NCBI GenBank assembly: GCA_951406725.2
Contig: OX597822.1
Location: 10,974,001 to 11,038,000 of the forward strand
Length of the DNA: 64,000 nt
Source: Octopus vulgaris
Lineage: Eukaryota
Direction: 5' to 3'
Shown: piece after piece, positions 39,705 through 55,592 of the stretch
Layout of the letters: each line of letters begins with the position of its first letter
Position numbering within the stretch: the stretch's first letter is position 1
The notes under the pieces: generated by a model
Told to the model about the DNA's origin: nothing
The model's database searches: none
Seen by the model: only the letters and a program-made list of their open reading frames with translations
Translations under genes and position numbers: made by a program

Positions 39705-40799
39705 TCGTGTGTTCATTTCTTTAAATTTTTCTTTCATTCCACAATTCTCAGTCTTGATTACTCTGGCCTTCTTCGTATGTTTCAACAATGGCTATTTTCC
39801 TTCGCTTCAATACAGTCCTGGCAACTGATCAAATCTCTCCCAATCTTTCTTCTGGACAAGTACAGACTATCGGTGACACTTTTAGGGTGGAAGGTTCCGT
39901 GTACTGTCAACATTTTTCTTGTCTTTTTATCCATTTTCATCACTTCTTTCTCTTGACATTTTATATAATTCCAGCTCCATACCGAAGTGATGCTATCGCC
40001 CATGTATTAACTGCTTGGATTTTATTTCATCCAGTCAATTTTGAGCGCAACATTAACCTTAGTCTTCAGAAATATTCTATTCTCAGTCGCTCTTTCATTT
40101 CCTTCTCTATTATCTCATTGAACTCTAGTACACCAAGGTATATATATCCCTCTGTTTCAGTTTGATAGAATTACCGAATAGAGAATCAATTCTCTATTCG
40201 GTAATTCAATCCCTGCTAGGGACTGTACCTTGCCTCATTTTAGGTAGATTATTCTGCACTTCTTGAGTCCGAATCCCATTCTAATATCAGCACTAAAACA
40301 CTAGACTGTGTTCATCCAAGGAATTAATCTTCTCTCTTCGCTCCTTTGCACCACATGGTATCAACACTCCTCCTTTCTTCATCTGAATCGGCTTCTTTTT
40401 TCTCTTCATCTGACACCTACTTCTCTCCACTCCTACCCACCTCTCCTCTCTTCATCTGATACCTACTTCCTCTTTTCACTTCTACCCACCTTCTCTCTTC
40501 ATTGATACTGCTCTCACCCACCCACACCCCACATCCCCATACACCACAAACACCTACCCCACATAGCCGCATCCCCCACACACCCACACTACCACAAACC
40601 ATCCCCACACCATCACACCACCCACATCACTCCGCATACACTAGTACTGACCACTTCCCAGCACCTAATGCACACACCCACACGTTACAGACGCACACAC
40701 TTACACTCGCTCACATACACACACATGCAAGAACACCTTCGTTTTGGGATCACCAATACTTTGTAATATCCCCTTCCTTCTACCTCTCTTATGAAACAT

Positions 40800-41000
40800 T
40801 TTCTTCCTAACCAGTCAACATGCTTGACCGCTAAATCCACAAGTTTATTTCTCTTTTATTTTTCTGTGTTTATTTTCTCTTATTCCTTTCTGTTGAAGAG
40901 CGTAGGCTCGAAACATAAAAGATTTTTTTTACTTTCTCGAGTGTCAGTTTAATACACCTGCTTGTTGTTCATACACCTGCCTTCGTTTTTTGTTTTTCTG

Positions 41001-41005
<5 letters not shown>
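40800..41005 (+). mobile_element. Family P1 Penelope-like repeat ending in (TA)n
   Basis: CTTTCTGTTGAAGAGCGTAGGCTCGAAAC at ~40886; CACCTGCCTTCG tail. Confidence 0.7.
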
Positions 41006-41028
<23 letters not shown>

Positions 41029-41032
<4 letters not shown>

Positions 41033-41801
41033 CGTAAATATAAAAGAGTTACCTTTAAGTGGTTAACTCTAGTGCTAGAAATAACTCCTTATTCTGGTAT
41101 AGCCACCGAAGTTGTTTCCACAAAGAAGTAACCTTACCTTCAACGTAAGGAAAGTGAAACACAACGAAAAGATAGATTAATGCTGAACAATTGTTTCTTT
41201 ATCAATATAATATGCAATTATACTCACATATGTATCTATAAGTCATCAACAGCATTTGTCTTCGATACAATTTATTAGACCCCCACGTGCGACAAATACC
41301 CATGCGGTCCAATCGATTGCATACATAGTTGTGATTTAGGTTCCCCGCCAAAAGCATGGTAAGACTTAGTTGAAACGTATACTGCATATAATATTTACTG
41401 CAGTATATTAAATTTATAAATTCATAAATGAGGGTGAAAAATTAGATATTAATTTAATAATACCATCAGCTTAACACCAAGTAGCCTAGCACATAAAAAC
41501 CAGGGAGACAATACAAATTTATACGTAAATATAAGAGAGTTACCGTTAAGTGGTTAACTCTAGCATAAGGTCTAATAAATTCCTTACGTTGAAGGTAAGG
41601 TTACATCTTTGTGGAAACAACTTCGGTGGCTATACCAGAATAAGGAGCTACTTCTAGCACTAGAGTTAACCACTTAACAGTAACTCTCTTATATTTACAT
41701 ATAAATTTGTATTGTCTCCCTGGTTTTTACGTGCTAGGCCACTTGGTGTTAAACTGATGGTATTATTAAATTAATATCTAATTTTTCACCCTCATTTATG
41801 A

Positions 41802-41803
<2 letters not shown>
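41029..41803. mobile_element. Element with direct and inverted terminal repeats inside (TA)n; probable Penelope-like pLTR arrangement
   Basis: 41420-41563 is the reverse complement of 41660-41803; 41029-41152 is the reverse complement of 41580-41703; (TA)n on both sides. Confidence 0.7.
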
Positions 41804-41849
<46 letters not shown>

Positions 41850-41869
41850 ATGCATATATATATATATAC

Positions 41870-41902
<33 letters not shown>

Positions 41903-41967
41903 ATACCTATACATACATACACACGCAGATATACATATATACGCACACAATTACACACACACACACG

Positions 41968-42012
<45 letters not shown>

Positions 42013-42886
42013 AGTCTTTTCAGCGGCTGTTGTCATGCTGGAGCACCACACATACATACATACATAAACGCAAACTTTTAATCTGTACTGACCACCATTG
42101 TATATTACTACCACCATCATCATCATCACTTCAGCATAACACAACCTGAGAATCATCAAATTGCTTTCAGCAGTTTAGACACTAGTAACGGAGATGGGAT
42201 CGATCTCTGAATGAATTTATGCTATTTATTTATTGATATATTTATATATTTCTACAATTGTTCTCCTTCTCACTGTTTTTTGTTGTTAGCTATAGATAAA
42301 TACTATTGCCTTCGCTATTATGATTCATTTCTTCTATTTTTGCATTTTCTGTATTATTTATTTCTATAACTTTTTTGTTCTTATTTTACGCTTAATTCCG
42401 TTACTAATGGCATAAGAGTCTTGGAATGTCTACAGGTCATATTCTATCGAGATATCTTCCTATTTCGAACATTGACAGAACCTCTTAATCTCGAATCTCC
42501 GCCATTGCTTGGTGATTGCCTCAGTAGACAAAAACTGAAGATATAATGAGGTGGAAGACTTTTTATCTGGACATCTGGAGCGATCTTAGAGGAGAAAAGA
42601 TCTGGAAAGAAATAACCGTATTTCCCAGTGAATCATTATTTCAACATTCTAATCTGATTATTGTTATTGATTGACTGACATTAGAAATGTTTCGCTCTTG
42701 TTTTATTGGTTTTGCCGTGTAGCAATCTGTATGTACGCATGTATGGTTGATTGTATTTATGCAAACATACACATTATATATGTGTGTGTGTATGTGCGTG
42801 TGTGTCTATGTGTGTGTGCGTGCGTACGAGCACGTGTGCCTGTGTATGTATTATGCATGTGCTTATAAACCCATTCGTGTGTATGG

Positions 42887-42938
<52 letters not shown>

Positions 42939-43311
42939 GTATATATATATGTGTGTGTGTGCATGTATGTGTGTATATATGAATGTTTGTATGTATACAT
43001 GAGTGTATGTATGTATGAGATTATAAACATATTTGTGAATGTGGATTTATGTATATGTATGTGTGTATGTATGTGTGTATGCGTGTGAGCGCGCGCGTGT
43101 ATGCGAGTTTGTGTGTAACTGTTTCTCCAGATTTATCAAGAATGTATCATGCAACAAAAATCTACCAATGGCTTCCATAAACTACTTCTGGTGCGAAATA
43201 AATTAATATAATGTTGTATAGGTTAAGTGAATTAAAATAGTTCGTTATATAAACATATTTGTGCGTGTGTATGTATATATATATATGTATGTGTATGAGT
43301 GTTTGTATGTG

Positions 43312-43376
<65 letters not shown>

Positions 43377-43638
43377 TATAAATATATATATATGTATAAA
43401 TATATGTATATATCTATATGTATGTATGTATATGTTTCCACATACGTATTTGTATTAATATATTTGGCTATACATTATTTAAGTGTGTGTGTGTGAGTAT
43501 TTATATATGTATATGGTTATATCTATGTTTATATATCTAAAACCTAATCGTGTTTTTCTGCATCACCAAATCTCTCTCTTTCTCTAACTGTATTTCTCTA
43601 ACTCTATTTCTCTCGCTCACTCTCTCAACTTATACACA

Positions 43639-43682
<44 letters not shown>

Positions 43683-43777
43683 TATATATATATATACACA
43701 TGTATATATACATATATATTACACACATTTATATATATATATTTTCATATATATATATATATATATGTATGTATATG

Positions 43778-43846
<69 letters not shown>

Positions 43847-44207
43847 ATGTATGTATATTATGAATCCTTACTCTTTAGGAATTGATGGGATTTACCCAAA
43901 ATATGATGCGTTGCGAAACAGTAACAAAGTGTTTGTTCTTTCCCTCAATTTTCTATTTTTTTATCAATTCCAGACATGCTTGAATTAAATGCAATGATGA
44001 TTAGGCCTTAGAAGGCACCAACAGCGAAATTCCGGAGACAGGAATATTACGAAATTATGAACATTAGACGCTACATATTTATCGAATCCTTTATTCAATC
44101 AACTCTCATTCATGTATTTAATGATACTTAATTTTCACATATTATACACATATGCGTATATGTGTGTAAGTGAGAGGGGTGTGTGCATGTGTGCGTGTGT
44201 GTCCGAT

Positions 44208-44245
<38 letters not shown>

Positions 44246-46482
44246 TGTGTGTGTATGTGTGTGTGTGTGTGTGTATGTGTGTATGTGTGTGTGTGTGCAT
44301 GTTTATTCTTACTTTTATAAATACAGGGTCTGTAATTTGATGGGGAAACGTTGCTGATCGATTACCTCTACCACAATTTTTAACTGGTTCTTATTTTATC
44401 GACCATAAATAAATGAAAGGCAGAGTCGAACTCAGCGGAATTTGATCTCCATACGCAAAGCCGGAAGAAATGCCAGTAAGCATTCTCTCCCAGCCTACAC
44501 AACTCATTAATCTAAAGCTTTCCTTGGTTTCTGCTGTGTAATCGAGCTGAGATACAACACTCCAGCATCCGATGATCAAGACGCGAATCTATCACTGGGC
44601 TGACCAGCAGCTGAACTCAGTTTTACCAGACTGGATTGAAGTAACGTGGAATGAATGGTTTTGCTCAAGAACACAACGCATTATCCAGTGTGTGGATTAA
44701 AACCACAAACTAATGATCTTAGATCAATACAGTAGCTCATAGGTGTTGCGTTTTTACATGGAAGTTAGCTTTAAATAATTACAATTCAGTCAATAATCAT
44801 AAGCGATGGTATATGAAACAGAAGTCAAGCTCACTATGGAGCCTAAACACTACGTTGGTATGGTGAAAGGTAGATTGAATCAATGTTGCTGAAACCTCAT
44901 CTTTCAAGTACATAGAAAAAGGATGTGCAAAAACATTAGTAGATTAGATTAATTATAACAACATCAAATAACATCAAAGTACATGGCATTTAAAACAGCT
45001 TATTTACTGATTTTGACAACGAATGGAAAATCTTAGAGTGAGTCAGTTTTTGCATTAATGGCTCAATAATTCGTAATACATGTACAGCTGAAAAGTGACT
45101 CATACTGAATGCCAGGAAAAGTTCGTTGAATTAACTATATGCCAAATCAGAACTTATCACAAAATGCCACTACTTCAACAAATACTTGCAAAATTTTAGA
45201 AATGTCCACCTCCACCGGATACAGCAGTGAATCTTTGAATTATTTCACAGCTTCTTTACAGCGTCTGATTTAATCATTTTAATCTTTTGCTTTTCAAACT
45301 TCAAGCATATTTTCACAATACTCATAACTGTATTTTCATACTATCCCAAAATCATTATTTCCTCTCCCCTTTTCACAACAATTAAGCTATTCACACATTC
45401 CCTCGTTTTTCATGTCTAATGATGACATATATATCAATACCCATTTACTGATTCTAATTCTTGACTTCATATTTAAATTTACCTCTCTGTTCATGGATTT
45501 CGATTACCCTCGTATATAGTTAAATCAATAACAATCAATGGTACTCTAAGTATATGCACTTCTTTAATTTGTGCAGCAACCCATGGATTTTGTAAAAAGA
45601 TAAAAAGTAGCGCAGAATCGTACTTATGCTCGGTTGTTTCATCTCCATCACAATCTTTTTCAAAACAAGTTTCTGTGAACATCAGATTTTGAAATTAATC
45701 ACACAATCAATTACCAGTTACTTAGAAAAAATGTCTGAATACCTTCAATATTGTTGTCAACTGCAATGCAATCATCGATATCTTTATCCTAAAGACTACG
45801 TAATTAATATATTCTACGGATCTTCTTTATCATCAACACATTTCTCTTTATCCGACTTCGAATTTTCTCAATAACATCTAGTTTAATATCAAGTTTTAAT
45901 GTTGTTCACCTTCGTTTCTTCTTCTCAGTGACATTAGGCAAATCCAATGGATTTAAGATAAAGAATATTATGTTTAAAATACAAAACTAGGTTAAAACAA
46001 GGCACTAGGCATTTCAAATATTGACTAAAAATTATTCACGGCATAGGTGTAGCAGTAGACATGCATAAACGAGCGCATTACGGACAATTTTCGAAGCTGT
46101 TTAACTATTTTCTATACAGAGAATAACAGTGTTTTCAACTAAGTGGACTATGATCCTGTCAGGAATCCATAAGAATCCAAAGTCATGTTTAAAAAATGCG
46201 CTTCTCAGTCAGTGCTCAGAATTCTCTTTATGCAAACTTCCATTTTCAGCCTTACTGAATAATGTGTATGCTTTTATTTAGCACTGCATTTTGTAGCCAT
46301 ACTTTTCGATACGTTTTTTTTAGGGGGGTTGGGGGTCGCGGTATTCAAGTGTTGTTTGTCTATTTTTCATTTAGAAAGTCTTCCACTACATCATTCGTCA
46401 AATAATCGCTGACCTCACTGAAAATAGGCAACAGTTTCTTCTGCTGTCCGTTGTATTACTTCTCAATCATTTTTATAAATTA

Positions 46483-46879
46483 CTAGCAGTATCGCCCGGC
46501 GTTGCTCGGGTTTGTAAGGGAAATAACGATATAAGCATTTTTAGAGAGTTATAGCCAAAAAATAGCAAAAAAAATGCATTAAAAATGGAAAAAAAATTAT
46601 AGCAAATTTTTTTTAAATCGTTGACTCATCGTAGACATTTTTGGAGAGTTACTTCCCTTATATAATAGCGAAAAAATGCATTAAATTGGAAAAAATGATG
46701 GTAAATTTTTTTTTTAATCGTAGACTCATCGTAGACGCGCGCTAATACCCAGAAGGGCTCGATATGAATCACGACTATAAGATACCCGGTTTTGGTTAAA
46801 CTGCACCGCAAAATGTGGGAGTAGTTAGGAATCTAAATCGTAGGAGACAGACACACAACCTTACTTTTATATATAAAGA
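46483..46879 (-). mobile_element. Non-autonomous Helitron, family H1
   Basis: A|TC...hairpin-CTAG|T on the minus strand; no TSD. Confidence 0.9.
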
Positions 46880-47199
46880 TATTCGTAGTCGTACACACGA
46901 TATTTCTGAATAGTTCTTTTTACTTGTAGTACGCCCCCACCTCTTTGTATTTCTGTTAAATATTTTTGAATATATTTATTACATGTTATGTGTCGGTTTA
47001 TCTGTAGGGTCTTCTAAAATGACTGCATTTTTGTTGAATTTCTTGAATATGGCTTGATGGCAACAAAAACGCTATCACAACCATATTTAAACGGACGAGT
47101 TGGTGCAAATGAACTCGTGGAGGCATTTTTAAGTAGGTGTGCGTGTGTGTATGCATATTTTCATTTGTACATTGTGTTCACGCTTGTTTATAAGTCTGT

Positions 47200-48810
<1,611 letters not shown>

Positions 48811-49249
48811 GATAAACAAAATTCATGATAAAGTTCCTCCGTGCATTTCATCATTTTGGTTCTTTGAAGCCCTGAAATATCCGCTCCAAGTTCATTTACT
48901 TGCTCAACCACAATGGATCATCAGGAAACACTTTTTGTATTAAGGTACAGATAACTGTGTGTGTGTGTATGTATGCGTGTTCGTGTGTGTGTGTATGTAT
49001 CTGTGTGCGTATGTGCTGTGTGTGCGCTTATATATAATGGCTGTTCACTCACAGCCGAGGTAGAACACCACTACCCATTGACTGTGTGTGTCTATGTTTC
49101 TCCTCGCGCCATCGCTTGACAACCATCGCTGGTCTGTTTATGTTACCGTAAATTAGCGGTTCAGTCAAAGAGACCGATGGAAAAATTATTAGGCTTACAA
49201 AGAATAAGTCCAAAGGTCAATTTCTTTGACTAAAGCCCTTTAAGGGGGT

Positions 49250-49693
49250 GCTCCGCTGGTGACTAATAAGCCCAGATCTTGATAAACATATACACCCGCA
49301 GATACAGCAGACCACGCTTTCCTCATTCACTACACAGGCTGTGCGCCTGCGAGCAGCAAGCTTAAATTCTGTAAAATGTATTTGCTTTTCTTTCCTTTTT
49401 AATATCCACTCTTTCCTTTGCTTGTTTCCTCCATTCGAGGTGGAGTAAAGCAATGCTTTCCCAGTTAACCTCCCACATATTACATACCTTGAACGAGGAC
49501 TTTAATGATCCTTAAATGAGAATCTTGTTTTCCTCTGTGGGAGCCTCCAACAAAGCAAGTGCACTCTGTAGCATCTACTTAGGGACCCTCCGATTATTCA
49601 TCCGGACAAAGTGTCCTGTCCAACATAAACGGTGCCTATGCAGCATTGCTTCATTACTCAAGAAATTGGCTCCCCTCAAGACCTCTCTATTCA
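49250..49693 (-). pseudogene. RTE (BovB-like) LINE 3' fragment
   Basis: Minus strand NREVL..HRLCWTGHFVRMNNRRVPK..WESIA..W and a terminal C2H2-like CCICG..CLSRSGLISHQR. Confidence 0.75.
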
Positions 49694-49759
49694 AAATATT
49701 CTCATTTATTACCTTCGACTAGAGAGCCGTGACCATGCTGGCACACTCACATACACACA

Positions 49760-49979
49760 TACGAGGGGTTGCTGTAATGTTCCTGGATTTAAGGGTATCG
49801 CGAAAGGCGTGGCTGAAGGCCCATACTTCTGAGTTTTTTTACAGGCCTTAGAAAATCTGAAGGGCTGCTGTAACAAGTGTGCGAATCTGAGCGGGGAATA
49901 TGTTGGATAAAATCATAATTAACTGATCCGCCTGTACTTCTTTTAATCAAAGCAAAGAACTTTTTGGCATTCCCTTGTA
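49760..49979 (+). mobile_element. Mariner-derived non-autonomous element
   Basis: TA-flanked TIRs (TACGAGGGGTTGC.. and ..GCATTCCCTTGTA); retains mariner C-terminus KCANLSGEYVG*. Confidence 0.75.
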
Positions 49980-50177
49980 CACATATAAGTACACACTCCC
50001 ATGCACACTTCCTCAAAGCACCGATCAAACGCACAAATATAAAATCTCACTATTCACACACATCATAACAAACTTACGCATACATGGATGTAAACGCACG
50101 TGATATTTGAGGAAGCACACACTCACACAAACGCACGCGCACACACACACACACACAAACTCACACACATATATATT

Positions 50178-50625
50178 CTTTTATTCTTTTACTTGTTTCA
50201 ATCATTTCACTACGGTCATGCTGGAGCACCGTCTTCAGTCGAGCAAATCGACCCTTGGATTTATTCTTTGTAATCCTGGTGCTTATTCTATCGGTCTCTT
50301 TTGCCGAACTGCTACGCTACGGAGACATAAATACACCATCATCGATGGTCAAGCAAGTGGTGGGGTGACAAACACCCTTAAATCCAGGAACATTACAGCA
50401 TTATGTGTATATGTGAGTGAGCCAGCATGGTCACGGCTCTCTAGTCGAAAGTAATAAATGAGAATATTTATAAATACATACATATATAGATACACGACAA
50501 GCTTCAACCAAGTCGACTCCGAAGGCTTTGGTCGGTCCGGGGCTATAGTAGAAAACACTTGCCCAAGGTGCCACACAGTGGGAGTGATCTCGGGACCATG
50601 TGGTTGAGAAGCAAATTCTAACCAC
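50178..50625 (-). mobile_element. SINE family A interrupted by an inverted local duplication
   Basis: Both halves match family A; 50374-50469 is foreign sequence. Confidence 0.82.
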
Positions 50626-50957
50626 TCCCCCACAAACATTACAACACAGACTTGTGCCAAGACACATTAAATTGTTCAAAATAAGCACAGTCACATATAT
50701 ACGTATGTAAGCACTCGCTAAGGCATGCTGGCACATACACGCAGTGAGTCTGCACACCCTAAAGTTTCACTCAGTCCCACATATAACCACAAACGCACGA
50801 GCTGTCCAAGTCATACGCATACACAAACAAGAACATACATCTACACATACACACTGAAGTATACGCAAACAGACATATCTACATACGTATTTTCACAAGA
50901 TATGTAACCATCAACATATATTGACAAAGATGCAGAAACACACTCGATTTCTCAACA

Positions 50958-51345
50958 TACATGGAAGCACTCCGTCGGTTACAACGACGAGGGTTCCGGT
51001 TGATCCGAATCAACGGAACAGCCTGCTCGTGAAATTAACGTGTAAGTGGCTGAGCACTCCACAGACACGTGTACCCTTAACGTAGTTCTCGGGGATATTC
51101 AGCGTGACACAGAGAGTGGCAAGGCTGGCCCTTTGAAATACAGGTACAACAGAAACAGGAAGTAAGAGTGAGAGAAAGTTGTGGTGAAAGAGTACAGCAG
51201 GGATCACCACCATCCCTGCCGGAGCCTCGTGGAGCTTTAGGTGTTTTCGCTCAATAAACACTCACAACGCCCGGTCTGGGAATCGAAACCGCGATCCTAT
51301 GATCGCGAATCCGCTGCCCTAACCACTGGGCCATTGCGCCTCCAC
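50958..51345 (-). mobile_element. SINE family C with alternative 3' body
   Basis: Head matches ~4920-5114; body GCCTGCTCGTGAAATTAACGTG.. is unrelated to the body of the 4635 copy. Confidence 0.85.
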
Positions 51346-51631
51346 CCAACATACATACACAAATATATCACGCACTTGCTCATCAATAGACGCAAATACA
51401 CATGTCTATTAATAAGCGCACGCAGAAGCATACATACACACACACACACACACACACACATACACACACTGAAATTACACAACCAGACAGCATCCATAAT
51501 CACTAACGTACTCACATAGATTCCACATCCACTACACACATATACACACTTGTCTAAACACACGCAAACACAACAAGCAAATCGCTAAAGGTAGTTAGCA
51601 CACACAATCACACACACATGTAGATTTACGC

Positions 51632-51664
<33 letters not shown>

Positions 51665-51680
51665 AATATATATATCTATC

Positions 51681-51719
<39 letters not shown>

Positions 51720-51961
51720 GTATGATTATATGTGTGTGCATACATAAATATATGCGTGTGTTTGTATACATATATGTGTGTGTATGTGTGTGTGAATATG
51801 TATGTATGTATACACACACACACACAAAAGAACACATACATACTATTTCGAATCGTGCGTAACCTTAACAATACACATAAATTTACATATAGAGACAAAC
51901 ACTTATTCACAAACACATTCACGTACATATACATCCAAACACCCATACACGATCCCTCTCA

Positions 51962-52002
<41 letters not shown>

Positions 52003-52639
52003 GCACTTACAGACATACAAATACATACAGACACAGAGAGAAAAAAACACACACACACACATACACACAGATACAGCTATGCAGAGACAATCGGACACAG
52101 TAGAATTCTCCATAAAACTGAACCAGTCTTATCAAGCGACATCTTTATGTCCAGAGAAGACGCTGTATTTTTCAGCCAGTTTATTTCCTTCATAAACATG
52201 ACCGATTGACCAAACCGTCAATAATTTCTTCGACCTTTCTTCTGTTCTACTCATTATAAGACATGTTTTGTCCTCCCTCACTACACCTCTTCACCCAAAT
52301 ACTTTTGCCTCAGCCACCACCACCACCACCACCACCACCACCACCGTCACCACTACAACGACCGCCACCATCTCTACCACCACCGCCGCCGCCGTCACCA
52401 CCTCCAGCGTTACAATATATCGATACCAGCCTCACCACCATCTTGCAAGTTTGGATTACCTTGTCAATGATCTATATACCTCACTCACTTACCTACTTAT
52501 TCATTCTGGTTTTCACACACACACGCACGCACACACACACACACACACAGATACATACGTATATTTGTGAGTGAGTGAGTATGTATGTGTTTAATATATA
52601 TTATATACGCGTTTTTTATAAGCGTGTCTTATGAATACG

Positions 52640-52915
<276 letters not shown>

Positions 52916-52919
52916 ATAA

Positions 52920-53293
52920 ATATTCCTTTCTACTTCAGGCACAAGGCCCGAAATTTTGGGGGAGGAAAGCCAATCGATTAAATTTATCAACCTCGGAAGA
53001 ATGAAAGGCAAAGTCGACCTCGGCTGAATTTGAACTCAGAACATAACGACAGACGAATTACCTATTTCTTTATTACCTACAAGGGGCTAAACACAGAAGA
53101 GACAAACAAGGACAGCAAACGGATTAAGTCGATTACATCGACCCCAGTGCGTAACTGGTACTTATTTAATCGACCCCGAAAGGATGAAAGGCAAAGTAAA
53201 CCTCGGCGGAATATGAACTCAGAACGTAGCGGCAGAGGAAATACGGCTATGCATTTCGCCCGGCGTGCTAACGTTTCTGCCAGCTCGCCGCCT
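52920..53293 (-). mobile_element. SINE family B dimer
   Basis: Junction AGACGAATTACCTATTTCTTTATTACCTACAAGGGG; same architecture as 5912-6287. Confidence 0.87.
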
Positions 53294-53349
53294 GAATACG
53301 AATCTTTTCTACTCTAGGCACAAGGCTTAAACTTCTACAATAAATAGAT

Positions 53350-53600
53350 AAATGTGCCCTTTTAAAGCCTAGCCAGGCTCAAGGGCCCGGTTTCCCGGTT
53401 TCTATGGTGTATGTGTTCCCAAGCTTGACGGGACGCCAGACCATCGCAGCGTTACTCATTTTTGCCAGCTGAGTGGACTGGAGCAACGTGAAATGAAGTG
53501 TTTTGCTCAAGAACACAACGCGTCGCCCGGTCCAGGAATCGAAACACAATCTTACGATCATGATGCTGACACCCTAACCACTAAGCCACGCGCCTCCACA
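53350..53600 (-). mobile_element. SINE family D
   Basis: Close match to 10515-10757. Confidence 0.87.
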
Positions 53601-53737
53601 TACTTCTGAATACACAAAATATTTTAACAATTCTTTGGTACAATCCTTACTTACCACACAACCACTGCTGCGCCTAGAGCCACTTTTGCGCCTTTGTATT
53701 ATTGCCTTTCGTCCTTGCTATAACTTTTTATTACATA

Positions 53738-54143
53738 CTAGCAGTATCGCCCGGCGTTGCTCGGGTTTGTAAGGGAAATAATTATATAAGCATTTTTAGA
53801 GATCTAAAGTATAATAGCCATCTCAATATGGCTAACCACAAAGGGGGGGGGGTTACTGTAGCTTTTTACGTTCTGAGATTTAATAATACATTTTTAGAGA
53901 GTTACTTCCCTTATATATGCCAAAAATGCATTAAAAATGGGAAAATTTATGGTAATTTTTTTTTTAATCGTAGACTCATCGTAGACTCATCGTAGACGCG
54001 CGCTAATATCCAGAAGGGCTCGATATGAATCACGACTATAAGATACCCGGTTTTGGTTAAACTGCACCGCAAAATGTGGGAGTAGTTAGGAATCTAAATC
54101 GTAGGAGACAGACAGCACAAAACCTCTCTTTTATATATAAAGA
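53738..54143 (-). mobile_element. Non-autonomous Helitron, family H1 variant
   Basis: Same termini as other H1 copies; carries the internal AGCCATCTCAATATGGCT segment shared with the 60548 copy. Confidence 0.9.
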
Positions 54144-54401
54144 TTTAGAAAGTTATCTTCTCTTCGACGTATTTACTCTCAGTCCCACTTGCACTCGTTA
54201 TCAACAATTTTTTTTGTTCTTTTGTTAAGTATATCCACTGGTTTTGCGCCGTTCTAACAGGATTTTTTAAACGTTGAAAGGCTAGGAGGGTTCATCTGAG
54301 TGAAATAAGAATCAATTTGGTCCTTAAGTAAAAAAAATGTTTGAGAAACACTGCCATAGGTGGTTTTCTTCAAATCTTGTAATCACTCGGTGGGGCACCA
54401 G

Positions 54402-54827
54402 CAGCGCTGGATTAACCACTAAGCAAAATAAACATGCGCGTAGGGCATCAAGGGAAGGAGGGGACACCACAGAAATGGTAAACGGTTTACGGTACAAAAG
54501 AAATCACTTTAAACTTGCTAAAATATTATTCGGAATGCCTTTATCTCTACTAAGTGTAGAAGCAGATGTGTTACCTAAGATTAATTTTGAGGATCTGATT
54601 AAAGAATTTGCAATTCCAAAAAGTAGGAGGAAACTTTTCAAATATGAATAAAGTGGAAGTAGACAGAAATAGACACTATTTTCCCTCTTACTGTTTTGTT
54701 ATGTTTTGAAAAATAAAAAATTATTTTATGGTTTGTTATTGTTTATATTTTGAATTAGATAATCTTTTATGGGGGCACCAAAATTATTTAAGTGCTTAGG
54801 GCCTCGATGGGTCTTAATCTGGCTCTA
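54402..54827 (+). mobile_element. Internally deleted hAT element with dimerisation-domain remnant
   Basis: Imperfect TIRs CAGCGCTGGATTAA and TTAATCTGGCTCT; encodes LSLLSVEADV..INFEDLIKEFA..KSRRK. Confidence 0.7.
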
Positions 54828-54969
54828 ACCCTGAATTTGGAGGGAAGATGACACATCGTTCTGTGCCAACTGAAAGGACATCTCGAGGTATACCACAGAT
54901 TCATCCTCCACCCGTTCGATCTTGTTCTCTTTCGTCGGTACTTTCTCATAACCCGTGGTTCTACTTTCA

Positions 54970-55558
54970 AATGCATACATACATACATGCATCATATATA
55001 CATACATACATGCATACATACATACATACATACATACATACATACATACATGCATACATACATACATACATACATACATACATACATACATACATGCATG
55101 CATACATACATACATACATACATACATACATACATACATACATACATACATACATACATACATGCATACATACATACATGCATGCATGCATTCATACATG
55201 CATACATTCATACATACATTCATACATTCATACATTCATAAATACATACATACATACATACATTCATACATACATACATACATACATACATACATACATA
55301 CATAAATACATACATACATACATAAATACATACATACATTCATACATTCATACATACATTCATACATACATACATACATACGTACATACATACATACATA
55401 CATACATACATGCATACATACATACATACATACATACATACATACATACATACATACATACATACATACATACATACATACATACATACATACATACATA
55501 CATACATACATACATACATAAATACATACATACATACATACATACATACATACATACA

Positions 55559-55592
<34 letters not shown>

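Larger units (their letters stand above)
38030..40330 (-). pseudogene. R4/Dong-clade LINE fragment interrupted by two family A SINEs
   Basis: Minus strand: DIRMGFGLKKC, YIYLGVLE, AVNTWAI, MDKKTRKMLTVHGTFHPKS..LYLSR..GR, RRHDNVARMIHW, IQKPALLGTARILRRVLEA*. Confidence 0.88.

Noticed and set aside
45050-45900. Possible decayed LINE on the minus strand (C..C..ET.EH-like)
   Set aside because: Too degraded to assign or bound by eye.
51265-51345. tRNA gene-like sequence (also ~5035-5114, ~10680-10757, ~53520-53600)
   Set aside because: A/B boxes continue into SINE bodies; no proper acceptor stem or T-run terminator.
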